Assembly: GCA_039028615.1 (NCBI GenBank)
Contig: JBCCHT010000006.1
Coordinates: 32,001-96,000 of the forward strand
Source: Myxococcota bacterium
GTDB lineage: Bacteria; Myxococcota_A; Polyangia; Nannocystales; Nannocystaceae
Reading direction: 5' to 3'
Length of the DNA stretch: 64,000 nucleotides
Both the position numbers and the translations under genes were made by a program. The notes under the pieces were generated by a model. It worked only from the letters and a program-made list of their open reading frames with translations. It searched no databases and had not been told where the DNA came from. Below are positions 8,185-19,936 of this stretch, one piece after another; the stretch's first letter is position 1; every line of letters begins with the position of its first letter.

Positions 8185-9690
8185 ATGGCTAGGTTCAATG
8201 CGCTGTACATCCTGCCCTCGGGGTCAGGTGAATATCACGCGAATCGCTATCGCGTTTACTTCCGGCCCAACCAACAGGGCATGACGGTCGCCGATCTCAA
8301 CAACGAGTTCATGCGGTCGTTCACGTCCATCTTCAATGGCAGTGTCTCCGGTGGCACGACCAATGTGGCCGAAGTGACGCGACGTGGCGACCTGAGCTGG
8401 GAGGGTGAAGCCCCGCTGCAGTTCACGCTGGATGCCGTGTTCGCGGACGCCATCGATGTCCCCGACGTCCGTGACGACTGGGTGGGCATCACGTGGAAGG
8501 AAGCAGGCCGAGGCTTCGCCGCGCAGACCCTCCAGCTCGAGCAGAGCACGGGCCGTCAGGTGGGCGTCGCCGTCATGGGAATCACCCTGGGCGGCCTGCT
8601 CGGGGGCATCCCCGGGGCGGTGCTGGGTACCTTGGTCCTCGACGAAGCCGACGAAGAGCTGATGCTCTCGCACTTCCTCGCGGGTCGACGCTCGTGGGTC
8701 ATCGGCGATGCCTACGACGACGCGGCCGGGGAGTACCTCGAAGAGCCCCCCACCGCCCACGGCCAAGTCTTCTACCTCGAGACGGGTGCCGTCGAGCGCT
8801 TCTCGACCTGGTTTTACCACGTGTGGCCCACGGCCACGCTCGCGGGCCTCATGGCGCCGGGCGGAGACATGCGCTCCGCCATCGACATCGTGTGGAAGAA
8901 CCTCCTCGAGAACTATCTCGACTTCAAGGGCAGCAGCATCTCGGTGGTGCCCACCAGCCAGATCAACCTCACCGCCCCCTCGCCCGACTGGGTGCCGCTG
9001 GGCAGTGAAGGGGTGGTCCATACCTGGGAGTCGTTCGACGGGTGGCGAGACGTTCGGAACAAGGCGTGGACGGCCGAGATGCTCGACCTGCACCCCGGCC
9101 TCGAGATGCAGTTCCCGCGCCCGGTCCAGGCTCCCGTCGATGCCGCGCTGTGCTGGAGCCGCGGTCGTACCTACTTCTTCAAGGGCTCCCGGTACTGGCG
9201 GTACGACCTCAACAACGACCATACCGACTGGAACTACCCCAAGAGCATCTCGCGGCACTGGCCGGGCCTGCCCGACGACCTCGACGCCGCCATCGATTGG
9301 GATAACGGCAAGACCTACTTCTTCAAGGGCAGCCAGTACTGGCGCTGGACCAAGGACGAGGGCCTGGACAGCGGGTACCCCAAGTTGATCGCCGACGAGT
9401 GGCCGGGGATTCCCAACGACATCGACGCGATCTTCGATCACAACGATGGTCGCGTGTACTTCTTCAAGGGCAACCAGTACTGGCGCTGGACCAAGGGCTC
9501 CGAGAGCGCCGACAGTGGGTACCCCAAGTTGATCGCCGACGAGTGGCCCAGCGGGCTCCCCTCGATCGATGCCGGCATCCGTACCGGGCTGCACCGAGTC
9601 TACGCATTCGCGGGCGACCGCTACTGGCGTTGGGACATCGACGACGAGCTCGACAGCGGATACCCCAAGAACATCCGAGACCACTGGTAG
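8185..9690 (+). CDS. Hemopexin-repeat protein with uncharacterised N-terminal domain
   Basis: Four C-terminal repeats of the form DAA...YFFKGxxYWR...GYPKxIxxxWPG; GGGGG-type RBS; internal hydrophobic glycine-rich segment. Confidence 0.9.
   Translation: MARFNALYILPSGSGEYHANRYRVYFRPNQQGMTVADLNNEFMRSFTSIFNGSVSGGTTNVAEVTRRGDLSWEGEAPLQFTLDAVFADAIDVPDVRDDWVGITWKEAGRGFAAQTLQLEQSTGRQVGVAVMGITLGGLLGGIPGAVLGTLVLDEADEELMLSHFLAGRRSWVIGDAYDDAAGEYLEEPPTAHGQVFYLETGAVERFSTWFYHVWPTATLAGLMAPGGDMRSAIDIVWKNLLENYLDFKGSSISVVPTSQINLTAPSPDWVPLGSEGVVHTWESFDGWRDVRNKAWTAEMLDLHPGLEMQFPRPVQAPVDAALCWSRGRTYFFKGSRYWRYDLNNDHTDWNYPKSISRHWPGLPDDLDAAIDWDNGKTYFFKGSQYWRWTKDEGLDSGYPKLIADEWPGIPNDIDAIFDHNDGRVYFFKGNQYWRWTKGSESADSGYPKLIADEWPSGLPSIDAGIRTGLHRVYAFAGDRYWRWDIDDELDSGYPKNIRDHW
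9316..9548 (+). repeat. Near-identical DNA repeats encoding hemopexin blades 2 and 3
   Basis: tacttcttcaagggca(g/a)ccagtactggcgctggaccaagg at 9316 and 9457; gacag(c/t)gggtaccccaagttgatcgccgacgagtggcc at 9367 and 9511. Confidence 0.85.
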
Positions 9691-9766
9691 CGGCCGCTGA
9701 CGCGCTCCGACCCGCACTCTCTCTTCGACTTCCCAACGCGATCGTCATGACGCGACCGAGGCCACG

Positions 9767-12301
<2,535 letters not shown>

Positions 12302-12316
12302 CTGGAGTATCAGTCC

Positions 12317-14266
12317 ATGTCCCGCGACAAGACCAACGAAGCCGTTCGGTTCTTCCTCGACGAGTGGGTAACCGCCGAGCAGCGCCAAGCCCTCGTGGAC
12401 AGCCCCCACACCCTGTATCAGTGGGGGGTCTACTCGAAATACACCGGGGGTCCCATCGATGCGGTGGCCGGCCGTCGGCTCACGCCCAACTTCCACCTGC
12501 GGCTGTCCCGTGACCCCATCCCCCGGCAAGCCGGGTTCCCGGTCACGGCCGACGCGACCTTGGGCGTCGACCCCGTCAGCACCCCGCTGTTCTTCGTGCG
12601 GCGCGTGGCCGACCCGATCCAAGACTCCGAAGAGGAGATCCGCCAGACCCTCCTGAGCGGGCTCTTCCACGGCTCGCTGGCGGCCCAGCGCAGCGAAGAG
12701 TGGGCGGCTCAGGCCGCGGCGGCCATCCACGGCGCCGCCTCGTCGGGCACGCTGTCCCAGAACGTATTCACCCACACCGCGGTCCCCGACGGGCTCGAGG
12801 TCTTGGGCGATCGCGATCAGTTCTTCGAGCTGATGACCAACTGGTTCACCTTCACCTGGGAAGGCAACTACTACTCGCGGTGGGAGAGCGGCTCTACCGG
12901 CACCAGCGCCGATGAGCTCACCAGCGACTATCTCGACCGCAACCTGCTCGAGGTCCAGCTGCGCGACGACTGTGCCTACGCGCGCATCGTGGCCCCCCAG
13001 CACTGGTTTTTGGGCACCGCGCGCCCCGCCACGGTCGCCTTCCGAGAGGTCTACCTCCAGTTCTCGTTCGAGGGCGACCGCATCGACCACGTCGAGATCG
13101 TGCACAGCGTGGGCGTCGACGTCCCCGGCAACACGGCCGACTACTACGACATCTCGTTCTTCTACGCCGAGGACGGCTTCGTGCCGCCCCATACCCGCGA
13201 GCTGACCCCAGTCACCACCTACGTCTCGGGCTTCGTGGTGGGGCACGCGAGCCCGCGCTGGGATCATCATCGCCGCGACGAAGACCCCCAGCAGCTCAAC
13301 CTCGCCCTGTCGCGTCGCCGTGCCGACCACGTGTCGGCCATGCTGCAAGAGCTGATCAACGCGGCGGGGCACGGGGACACGCTCGTCTGCGACCTCGTCA
13401 ACGCCTGCTACATCCCTCCCGTGGGCAGCGATGGTGACGAGACCTCGGGGATGGCCCTCGTCGCGCTCGGAGACCAGGTCACGCGCGTCGAGGCGGGCGG
13501 CGACGAGAATGCCGACGCCGAGTCGATGCGTCGGGCCGAGATCTCGGTGGTCGTGACCCATCAGGTCGCGACCCAGCAGACGCTCGACTACACCGAGACG
13601 GTTCGCTACCGCATTCCCGAGGAGTGCGAGCCCAACGAGACGCGCCGTTGGGCGGTGGCGATCTCGGTGTCGGGCGGAGCGGGCCATGCCGGAATCGGCG
13701 GAGCCTTCGCCTTGGGCAAGCTCAAAAACCGCCTCACCGGCCAAACCGCGCAAGGGGCCTTCACCGGGGGCGGCCCCGGCATCGGCCTGGCCTCGCCGGG
13801 GGCCGACCCGGGCTGGGGCGACTGGACGAACTTCACCACCGCCTACGGCTGCACCTTCGAGGACTTCGACGTCACCGACGCGGTCCTCATCTCCGCCAGC
13901 GTCGGCATCGCGATCTTCGGGGTGTCCGTGGCCTGGCTCGGGTTCCCGACTCTGGGGGTGTCACCGATGTGGATCGGCGACTTCAACATGGGCACCTTCG
14001 GCGCGGACGCGGGGGTCAACTGGGGTGCCTGGAACGTCATCGGCGATCCGCCGGGCCCCCGCTGTTCACCCGAGCGCTGGGAGTCCCGCGAAGAGTCGCG
14101 CCAGATCCAAAGCCCCTTCCGCCTCGAGGGCACCGAGCAGCTCACGCTGACCGTCACCTTCGATACCGGCGAAGACGAGCTGGCCGGCGACCAGCAAGAG
14201 GCGCTGCAGAACTTCGCTCAGCAGATCGTCGCCGCGTATCAGCAGGGCCAAGCCCTCGCACAGTAG
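12317..14266 (+). CDS. Protein with circularly permuted OmpA-C-like domain and a Gly-rich beta insert
   Basis: VVGHAS...NLALSRRRADHV...RRAEISV internally; TFDTGEDEL...QEALQNFAQQI at the C-terminus; ggag RBS 15 nt after the previous stop. Confidence 0.8.
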   Translation: MSRDKTNEAVRFFLDEWVTAEQRQALVDSPHTLYQWGVYSKYTGGPIDAVAGRRLTPNFHLRLSRDPIPRQAGFPVTADATLGVDPVSTPLFFVRRVADPIQDSEEEIRQTLLSGLFHGSLAAQRSEEWAAQAAAAIHGAASSGTLSQNVFTHTAVPDGLEVLGDRDQFFELMTNWFTFTWEGNYYSRWESGSTGTSADELTSDYLDRNLLEVQLRDDCAYARIVAPQHWFLGTARPATVAFREVYLQFSFEGDRIDHVEIVHSVGVDVPGNTADYYDISFFYAEDGFVPPHTRELTPVTTYVSGFVVGHASPRWDHHRRDEDPQQLNLALSRRRADHVSAMLQELINAAGHGDTLVCDLVNACYIPPVGSDGDETSGMALVALGDQVTRVEAGGDENADAESMRRAEISVVVTHQVATQQTLDYTETVRYRIPEECEPNETRRWAVAISVSGGAGHAGIGGAFALGKLKNRLTGQTAQGAFTGGGPGIGLASPGADPGWGDWTNFTTAYGCTFEDFDVTDAVLISASVGIAIFGVSVAWLGFPTLGVSPMWIGDFNMGTFGADAGVNWGAWNVIGDPPGPRCSPERWESREESRQIQSPFRLEGTEQLTLTVTFDTGEDELAGDQQEALQNFAQQIVAAYQQGQALAQ

Positions 14267-14284
14267 CGGCCCTTCGGGCGCGCT

Positions 14285-15499
14285 TCAGCGGCTCATACGG
14301 CCGGCCGCGACCTCGTCCCTCGTCAGCTGATGATGGGGCAAGGTCGGGCCGTCGCCGCCGCGACAGTAGTGGCACGCCCCGAGCGGCTCGCTGCGGTTGA
14401 GGTAGCGCTCGAGTCGCTCGGCCAGGTCCTCGGACTCGAGGTCGACCCCGTCGTCGCCTCGGACCACCTCGACGCCGGCCGGGACCGGCTCGTGCTCGAC
14501 GCGGGCGAGGAAGTCGGGCGCATAGGCGGCGCGGGTACACATGTAGAAGCGACCGTCCCGCACGATGAGGCAGCGATGCCGCAGCCAACACCGCTCGAAG
14601 GTGGTCGCCGCGGTCTCCTCGTCCACGAAGCGAGGCGACAGCACCTGGCTGAACTCCTGGACCTCTTTGATGTTGAGGACGAAGCCGTGCTCCCGCGACC
14701 GCTGGCGCGCCAGCTCGAGCAACGCGGGGCGAACCGGAGCGCTGACGTAGTTGGAGATGGTCATCTCGTCGAGCGCGGGCCAAAACGCGTCGGGCATCGC
14801 CTTGAGGCGCAGGCCATTGGTGAACAGCCGCACCCGGTCCGCCACCCCCGAGCGCCGCAGGACCCCGATGATCTCCACGATCTCGGGGTGCAGCAGCGGC
14901 TCGCCTCCCATGATCTTGATGACGTCGGCGTGGAGGACCGACCGCATGCGCTCGCAGATCGCCTCGACCTCGGCGACCCCGAGGCTGTGCCGCGCCACGA
15001 AGGGCGACATGTTGCAGCAGTTGGCGCAGCGCAGGTTGCAGTGCTCGGCGATGTGGATCTCGAACGCCTCGACCCGCACGCGGCCCTGCTCGTCCCGCAC
15101 GTAGCGCTGACGATCCGGGGAAAAGCCGGCGCGCGGTCGGATGCCCGCCGCCAGCGTCATCGGCCCCGGTCCGCGGAGCACCGTGAGCGTGCACGTCGAG
15201 CCCAGGCGTCGACGGAGCCAGGCTTCGATGGCATCGCCGTCCGCCTCGGGGGCGACACGCACCGCGAACACGGCCGTGTCCTCGAGTCGATAGCCCTCGT
15301 CGCGGCCGAGCCGTCGCACCGCCTCGCGGGCGCTTTGCCGTCGCAGCTGTTCGAAGGCCGCGTCGAGCGAGTCCAGGCCGGAGCCCTCCGCGGCCACGGC
15401 CACCAGCAGGTCCGGTTCGTCCCCGGGACCGAGCGCGCTGGTGGTCTCGCCCGCCTCACATGCAGCCACAACACGCTCGGACACGGACGGGCTCACCAT
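14285..15499 (-). CDS. Radical SAM protein with N-terminal extension and C-terminal Cys cluster
   Basis: HCNLRCANCC (CxxxCxxC), GGEPLLHP, FTNG; C-terminal CWLRHRC...YMC...CHYC; AAGGAGAGG RBS before ATG 15499. Confidence 0.85.
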   Translation of the reverse strand: MVSPSVSERVVAACEAGETTSALGPGDEPDLLVAVAAEGSGLDSLDAAFEQLRRQSAREAVRRLGRDEGYRLEDTAVFAVRVAPEADGDAIEAWLRRRLGSTCTLTVLRGPGPMTLAAGIRPRAGFSPDRQRYVRDEQGRVRVEAFEIHIAEHCNLRCANCCNMSPFVARHSLGVAEVEAICERMRSVLHADVIKIMGGEPLLHPEIVEIIGVLRRSGVADRVRLFTNGLRLKAMPDAFWPALDEMTISNYVSAPVRPALLELARQRSREHGFVLNIKEVQEFSQVLSPRFVDEETAATTFERCWLRHRCLIVRDGRFYMCTRAAYAPDFLARVEHEPVPAGVEVVRGDDGVDLESEDLAERLERYLNRSEPLGACHYCRGGDGPTLPHHQLTRDEVAAGRMSR

Positions 15500-15606
15500 C
15501 CTCTCCTTGATACCGGAACGCGACGACCACGGGGGCAACGAAGCGCGCGAGGGCCTGCAACGGGCCTCCACGGCGCGTCTATCGGGTGCCCCTGCCGACG
15601 ACCGGT

Positions 15607-16362
15607 CTATGACTCCGGGCTGGTCTTGGCCTCGGCCGAGGGGCTGGGGTCGTCGCTCGCCTCCGGGTCCCCGGGCTCGTCGCTGCCTTCGGGCCAGCCC
15701 AGCCACTCGAACACCGCCCGCGCACGCTGCACCTTGCCGACGAAGCCCTCCACCGAGTCGGGGAAGTCGGTGCGCCCCTCTTCGACCCACGAGCGAATGC
15801 GGGTCGGCCCTCGAACGTAGGACGCCAGCGCGAGGCGCTGATCGCCATCGAACTTCGCGAGCAAGCGCGACAGGTACCAGGTCCCGGCGTGCACGTTGAA
15901 CTCGGCGTCGTAGACCTTGGTCGGCCGACCGATGCGCTTGCCGATCGACTTGGCCGTCTTGGGCATCAGCTGCATCAGCCCACGCGCACCGCTGCGGTTG
16001 CGAGCCTTGCGATTGAACTTGCTCTCGACCCAGATGACGCCGTTGACCAGGTAGGGATCCACGCCATACTCGGCGGCGGCCGCCGCGACGATCGGCTGGA
16101 TCGCCAGGATCCGAGCCTCGTCCGAGGGTCGCCACATCTTCTCGGGCTCCGGCTCTGGTTCCGGCTCCGGCTCGACCACGGGGGCAGGCGCCGGCTCGGG
16201 CTCCGGCTCCGGCTCGACCGCGGGGGCAGGTGCCGGCTCGGGCTCCGCCACGGCCGGGGCTGGTGCTGCGCTCACGGCCGGCGCCGACTCGACGGAGCCG
16301 CTGCTGCCGACGGCACAGCCCCCCGACAGACCCATCGTGACCGCGAAGACGAGACGGCGCAT
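15607..16362 (-). CDS. Lytic transglycosylase (SLT domain) lipoprotein
   Basis: VIWVES (catalytic Glu), ARGLMQLMPKTA, ALASY; lipobox-like SGGC; PE/PA-rich linker. Confidence 0.9.
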   Translation of the reverse strand: MRRLVFAVTMGLSGGCAVGSSGSVESAPAVSAAPAPAVAEPEPAPAPAVEPEPEPEPAPAPVVEPEPEPEPEPEKMWRPSDEARILAIQPIVAAAAAEYGVDPYLVNGVIWVESKFNRKARNRSGARGLMQLMPKTAKSIGKRIGRPTKVYDAEFNVHAGTWYLSRLLAKFDGDQRLALASYVRGPTRIRSWVEEGRTDFPDSVEGFVGKVQRARAVFEWLGWPEGSDEPGDPEASDDPSPSAEAKTSPES

Positions 16363-16479
16363 GGCCGGAGTCCTAGCAGATCTCGAAGGCCAGCGTCCGT
16401 CGGCGCTCACGTCCTCGCCCCACGCAGTCGCGAAGTCGCGCGCATCGGCCCATCAACGGCCGCGCAGCCCCGCTTCGGC

Positions 16480-17088
16480 TCACGCGCGCTCGGCCCATGA
16501 CACGTCGACGTGGAGTCGACCGCCGCTCGGATCCCGCATGCGAATGATCGACTCCCCGGGCAGCTCACAAAAGCGAAGCAACCCCTCGAGACCGCCCGCG
16601 ATGCCTTCGAGATAGCCACGCGCGAAGAACTCGGGCGGCAGTTCCTCGTACGAGAGTCGAACGCTGCGCCCCAGCTCGCAGTCGTCGAAGCTCGCCGAGC
16701 CCGCGTTGCGATAGACCTGACTCCACCCGCGCGGCACCATCTTGAAGAAGTGCCGTGGCGACACTCCGAAGAGTCGAATGGTCCCCTGCGCCAACGGGCC
16801 GAGCAGCGGTCCGTTGAGGCTGTCGAGGATGGAGCGCGCGCACACCCGGCGAATCCCCACTTCGCCGAGCACGTCCCACATCGCAGTGTTGAGATCGATG
16901 TCGACGGACACGGGCAACCACTCGCCCCGCCCGACGCCCCGCATCATCGTGCGCGTCTGCTCTGGTAGTGCCTCCAGTATCTGGTCGGACTCGGGCTCCT
17001 CGTCGAGTGCCCGTAGTTTCGCGATCAGCTGACTCCCCCGATATCGTGCCCCCACGGGGTTCGATTCTAGCCCCGAAATCGCGCGCAT
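16480..17088 (-). CDS. Conserved myxobacterial hypothetical protein (DUF2378-like)
   Basis: GEWLPV and PRGWSQVYRNAG patterns; coding-like composition. Confidence 0.6.
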   Translation of the reverse strand: MRAISGLESNPVGARYRGSQLIAKLRALDEEPESDQILEALPEQTRTMMRGVGRGEWLPVSVDIDLNTAMWDVLGEVGIRRVCARSILDSLNGPLLGPLAQGTIRLFGVSPRHFFKMVPRGWSQVYRNAGSASFDDCELGRSVRLSYEELPPEFFARGYLEGIAGGLEGLLRFCELPGESIIRMRDPSGGRLHVDVSWAERA

Positions 17089-17254
17089 CAGGACTCCCGC
17101 GTGAATGCGCGATCGGCAGAAGTGAATGCCTCACGCGAGGCGCAAGAGTCCGAGAGCCCGATGGACGGCGTTCATCCTCGGTGCCGCGCTGCGTTCGGGT
17201 TCATGCACGCCGTCGATCGATCGTGGGGAACTCACCGACGGCGCTCACCGCTAG

Positions 17255-18046
17255 TCAGTCGACACCCGAGGGGCGCGCAGTCGCGCCCGCGTCGATTCGA
17301 TGCCGGTCGACCCCCGAGGGGTGATGCACTTCGATGGTCCCCGCTTCGGTATCGAGCGAGACCCACATCGTTCGCGCCCCGCTGCAGGTTCCCGTGTTGA
17401 CCATGACGCCCCCCTCGAACGGGGTGATGCCCGGCACGTGGGTGTGGCCCATGACCACGATGGAAACGTCGTGCTCGCGGCTCAGCCCCTGCGCCCCTCG
17501 AGCGTAGGGGCCCTGCGCTCCGCGAAACTTGCGGTCCTTGATCTCCACGTCGCGCTGCTCGAACCACCACGCCAACGGTCGTAGCCCCCATGCGCGTAGC
17601 CGACCGGTGCCCCAGGTGCCGAAGTCGGCCGCCCACGAGGCCTTCACCGCGACGGGATCGAACTGGTGGCCATGGATGAACAGCGTGGGAAAGCGGCCGG
17701 GCATGCGCAGGTGCTCGGGTGCATCCAGGGCCTCGCCCGCGACCTCGTCGTGGTTGCCGAACACGTGCACGTAGGGCGGCTGGTCGAAGCGCTCGCTGAG
17801 GCTCGGCACCCGGCGACGCACCTGCTCGAGCATGCGACGGGCCGCGGCGCGGCTCGGCACCGCGGAGTGATCGGTCTGGTAGATGTCGCCGAGCAACACG
17901 ATCCGATCGTGGTCCGCCTCGAGCTGATCGAGGAACCGCGAGAAGGTCCCCAGGTCGTGACCGAAACCATCGGTGTGGTCACGAGCGCCGATGTGGAGAT
18001 CCGAGAGGGCTGCGATGCGCACGAAAAGGGGCTCCCGCCGCAGCAT
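17255..18046 (-). CDS. Calcineurin-like metallophosphoesterase (LpxH-like)
   Basis: SDLH, GD, GNHD, HGH and GHTH motifs. Confidence 0.9.
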   Translation of the reverse strand: MLRREPLFVRIAALSDLHIGARDHTDGFGHDLGTFSRFLDQLEADHDRIVLLGDIYQTDHSAVPSRAAARRMLEQVRRRVPSLSERFDQPPYVHVFGNHDEVAGEALDAPEHLRMPGRFPTLFIHGHQFDPVAVKASWAADFGTWGTGRLRAWGLRPLAWWFEQRDVEIKDRKFRGAQGPYARGAQGLSREHDVSIVVMGHTHVPGITPFEGGVMVNTGTCSGARTMWVSLDTEAGTIEVHHPSGVDRHRIDAGATARPSGVD

Positions 18047-18050
18047 ACGC

Positions 18051-18845
18051 TCATTGGCCCGGTCGGAGTGCCCAGAGCATCACGGCGGTCGCCGCCGCCA
18101 CGTTGAGCGAGTCGACCCCGGGGGCCAGCGGGATCGTGAGCGCATCATCGGCCCGTGCCCGAACCGGCGCCGAGAGCCCGCCCCCCTCGTTGCCCACCAG
18201 CACGATCGCGCGCTCGGGCGCCCGGTAGTCGGCCACGTCCACGCTCCCGGGCCCGACCACCGCCGCCACCACCCGGGTGTCCGAGCCCATGCTTTCGCGG
18301 AGCTCGTCGATCGTCTCGGGCAGCTGGCGGCTCTCCACGATCGGCAGCGAGAAGCACAGGCCCATCGCCGCTCGGATCGCTCGCCGCGTGAACGGGTCCG
18401 CTCCCCGTCCGTGCACCAGCGCATCCACCCCGAAAGCCCGCGCGTTGCGGACGACCGCCCCGAGGTTGGCGGGATCAGCCAGCGACTCCGCCACCAGCAC
18501 CCGACGCGGGCCCCCGCCCCACCCCGCACACAGCGACGCGATCGATGGCGACGAGGGTCGAGGCATGACCGCGAGGCAGCCGCGATGAAAGTCGAAGCCG
18601 ACCACCTCGCGCACCAGGGCGGCCCCGGCCACGAAGGCGGGCACCTGCTCGTCGATCGCATCACCCAGCCGCTCGCGATGGGCCTCGGTCACCAGCACCG
18701 CGTCGACCGGATGGTCGCTGGCCAGCGCCCGCGCGACCGCGATCTCGCCTTCCACCACCACCTTCGGCCCCCGCTTGCGCGTGGTGAGGGCCGTAAAGGG
18801 CTCGAGGCGAGGGTCTTGGGCGTCGTCAACCGGCCAGGTCGGCAT
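18051..18845 (-). CDS. TrmH/SpoU family RNA methyltransferase
   Basis: DPANLGAVVRNARAFG, VGNEGGGLS, IPLAPGVDSLNVAAA. Confidence 0.92.
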   Translation of the reverse strand: MPTWPVDDAQDPRLEPFTALTTRKRGPKVVVEGEIAVARALASDHPVDAVLVTEAHRERLGDAIDEQVPAFVAGAALVREVVGFDFHRGCLAVMPRPSSPSIASLCAGWGGGPRRVLVAESLADPANLGAVVRNARAFGVDALVHGRGADPFTRRAIRAAMGLCFSLPIVESRQLPETIDELRESMGSDTRVVAAVVGPGSVDVADYRAPERAIVLVGNEGGGLSAPVRARADDALTIPLAPGVDSLNVAAATAVMLWALRPGQ

Positions 18846-19896
18846 CGGTCTCGCCTCGTGCCTCGAAGGCCGCCACCGCGCTCTCGATCTCGCCGCACAC
18901 GTCGTCGCGGGCCGCCTTGGCGGCGACCTTGATCGCGTTGGCGATGGCCTGCGCCCCGCTCCGCCCGTGCGCCTTGATGATCGGAGCGGAGAAGCCCAGC
19001 AGCGGCGCGCCGCCGTACTCGCGGTAGTCGGTGACGTCCTTGAGCCGACGAAGCCCCCCGGACAGCAGCACCAAGCCCATGCGCCACAAGAAGCTCTGCT
19101 TGAACGCCCACTGGCCCAGGTTCTTGAACACCTCGTTGACGCCCTCGGCCATCTTGAGGGTCACGTTGCCCGTGAAGCCCTCGCACACGATGACGTCGGC
19201 CGCCCCCTTGGGGATGTCGCCGCCCTCGACGTTGCCGATGAAGTTGAGCAGCGGGTCGCCCTTCATGTAGCGGTGGGCATCCTGGAGGGTCTGGTCGCCC
19301 TTGGTCTCCTCGGTGCCCATGTTGAGCAACGCCACCGTCGGGCGGGTGACCTTGGAGATTCGGCTGGCGTAGGCGTGGCCCATGTAGCCGAAAAAGAGCA
19401 GGTCCGTCGCGCGGCAGCGCACGGTCGCCCCCACGTCGAGCAGCAAGGCGAAGCGATCGGGATTGTTGGCGCGCTGCTGGGTCGGATACACCGCGGCCAA
19501 GGCCGAGCGCTTCACTCCGGGGATCATCGGCACCTTCATCGCCGACGCGAGCACCAGGGCTCCGGTGGACCCGGCCGACACCAGGGCATCCGCCTCCTTG
19601 GCGGCGACCATCTTCGATGCCACCAGGATCGACGCGTCGGGCTTGGCCTCCAGCGCGGGGCGAGGCTTCTCGTCCTGCCCCACCACCTGCGTCGCCTCGA
19701 CCAGATCGATGCGCCGCGGTTCGTGCTCCACCTCGGCCAGCTCGGCCTTGATGGCGTCGAGGTTGCCCGTCAGCGCAATGTTGATCTCGGTATCGAGGGA
19801 CACCTGCGCGGCTGCGCGGACGACCTCTCGCGGCGCATGGTCGCCTCCCATGGCGTCTACGGCGATACGAAAACTGCGCTCGGCCACGGCGCTCAT
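18826..19896 (-). CDS. plsX: Phosphate acyltransferase PlsX
   Basis: IAVDAMGGDHAP, VSAGSTGA, LLDVGA, LLNMGTEETKG, FIGNVEG, CEGFTGNVTLK, YGGAPLLG, KAHGRS. Confidence 0.95.
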   Translation of the reverse strand: MSAVAERSFRIAVDAMGGDHAPREVVRAAAQVSLDTEINIALTGNLDAIKAELAEVEHEPRRIDLVEATQVVGQDEKPRPALEAKPDASILVASKMVAAKEADALVSAGSTGALVLASAMKVPMIPGVKRSALAAVYPTQQRANNPDRFALLLDVGATVRCRATDLLFFGYMGHAYASRISKVTRPTVALLNMGTEETKGDQTLQDAHRYMKGDPLLNFIGNVEGGDIPKGAADVIVCEGFTGNVTLKMAEGVNEVFKNLGQWAFKQSFLWRMGLVLLSGGLRRLKDVTDYREYGGAPLLGFSAPIIKAHGRSGAQAIANAIKVAAKAARDDVCGEIESAVAAFEARGETDADLAG

Positions 19897-19936
19897 CGTA
19901 GCAGCGCAGGCGCCTCGTTCGCGATACGCTGGGCCC

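Noticed and set aside
9316..9548. CRISPR-like direct repeats
   Set aside because: Only two copies, in frame, encoding hemopexin blades; no spacer array and no cas genes.
8185..9690. Matrix metalloprotease (hemopexin plus zincin)
   Set aside because: No HExxHxxGxxH motif in the N-terminal domain.
16140..16260. Tandem ggctcc/ggctcg repeats as a contingency locus
   Set aside because: They encode the PE/PA linker of the lytic transglycosylase and have in-frame hexamer periodicity.
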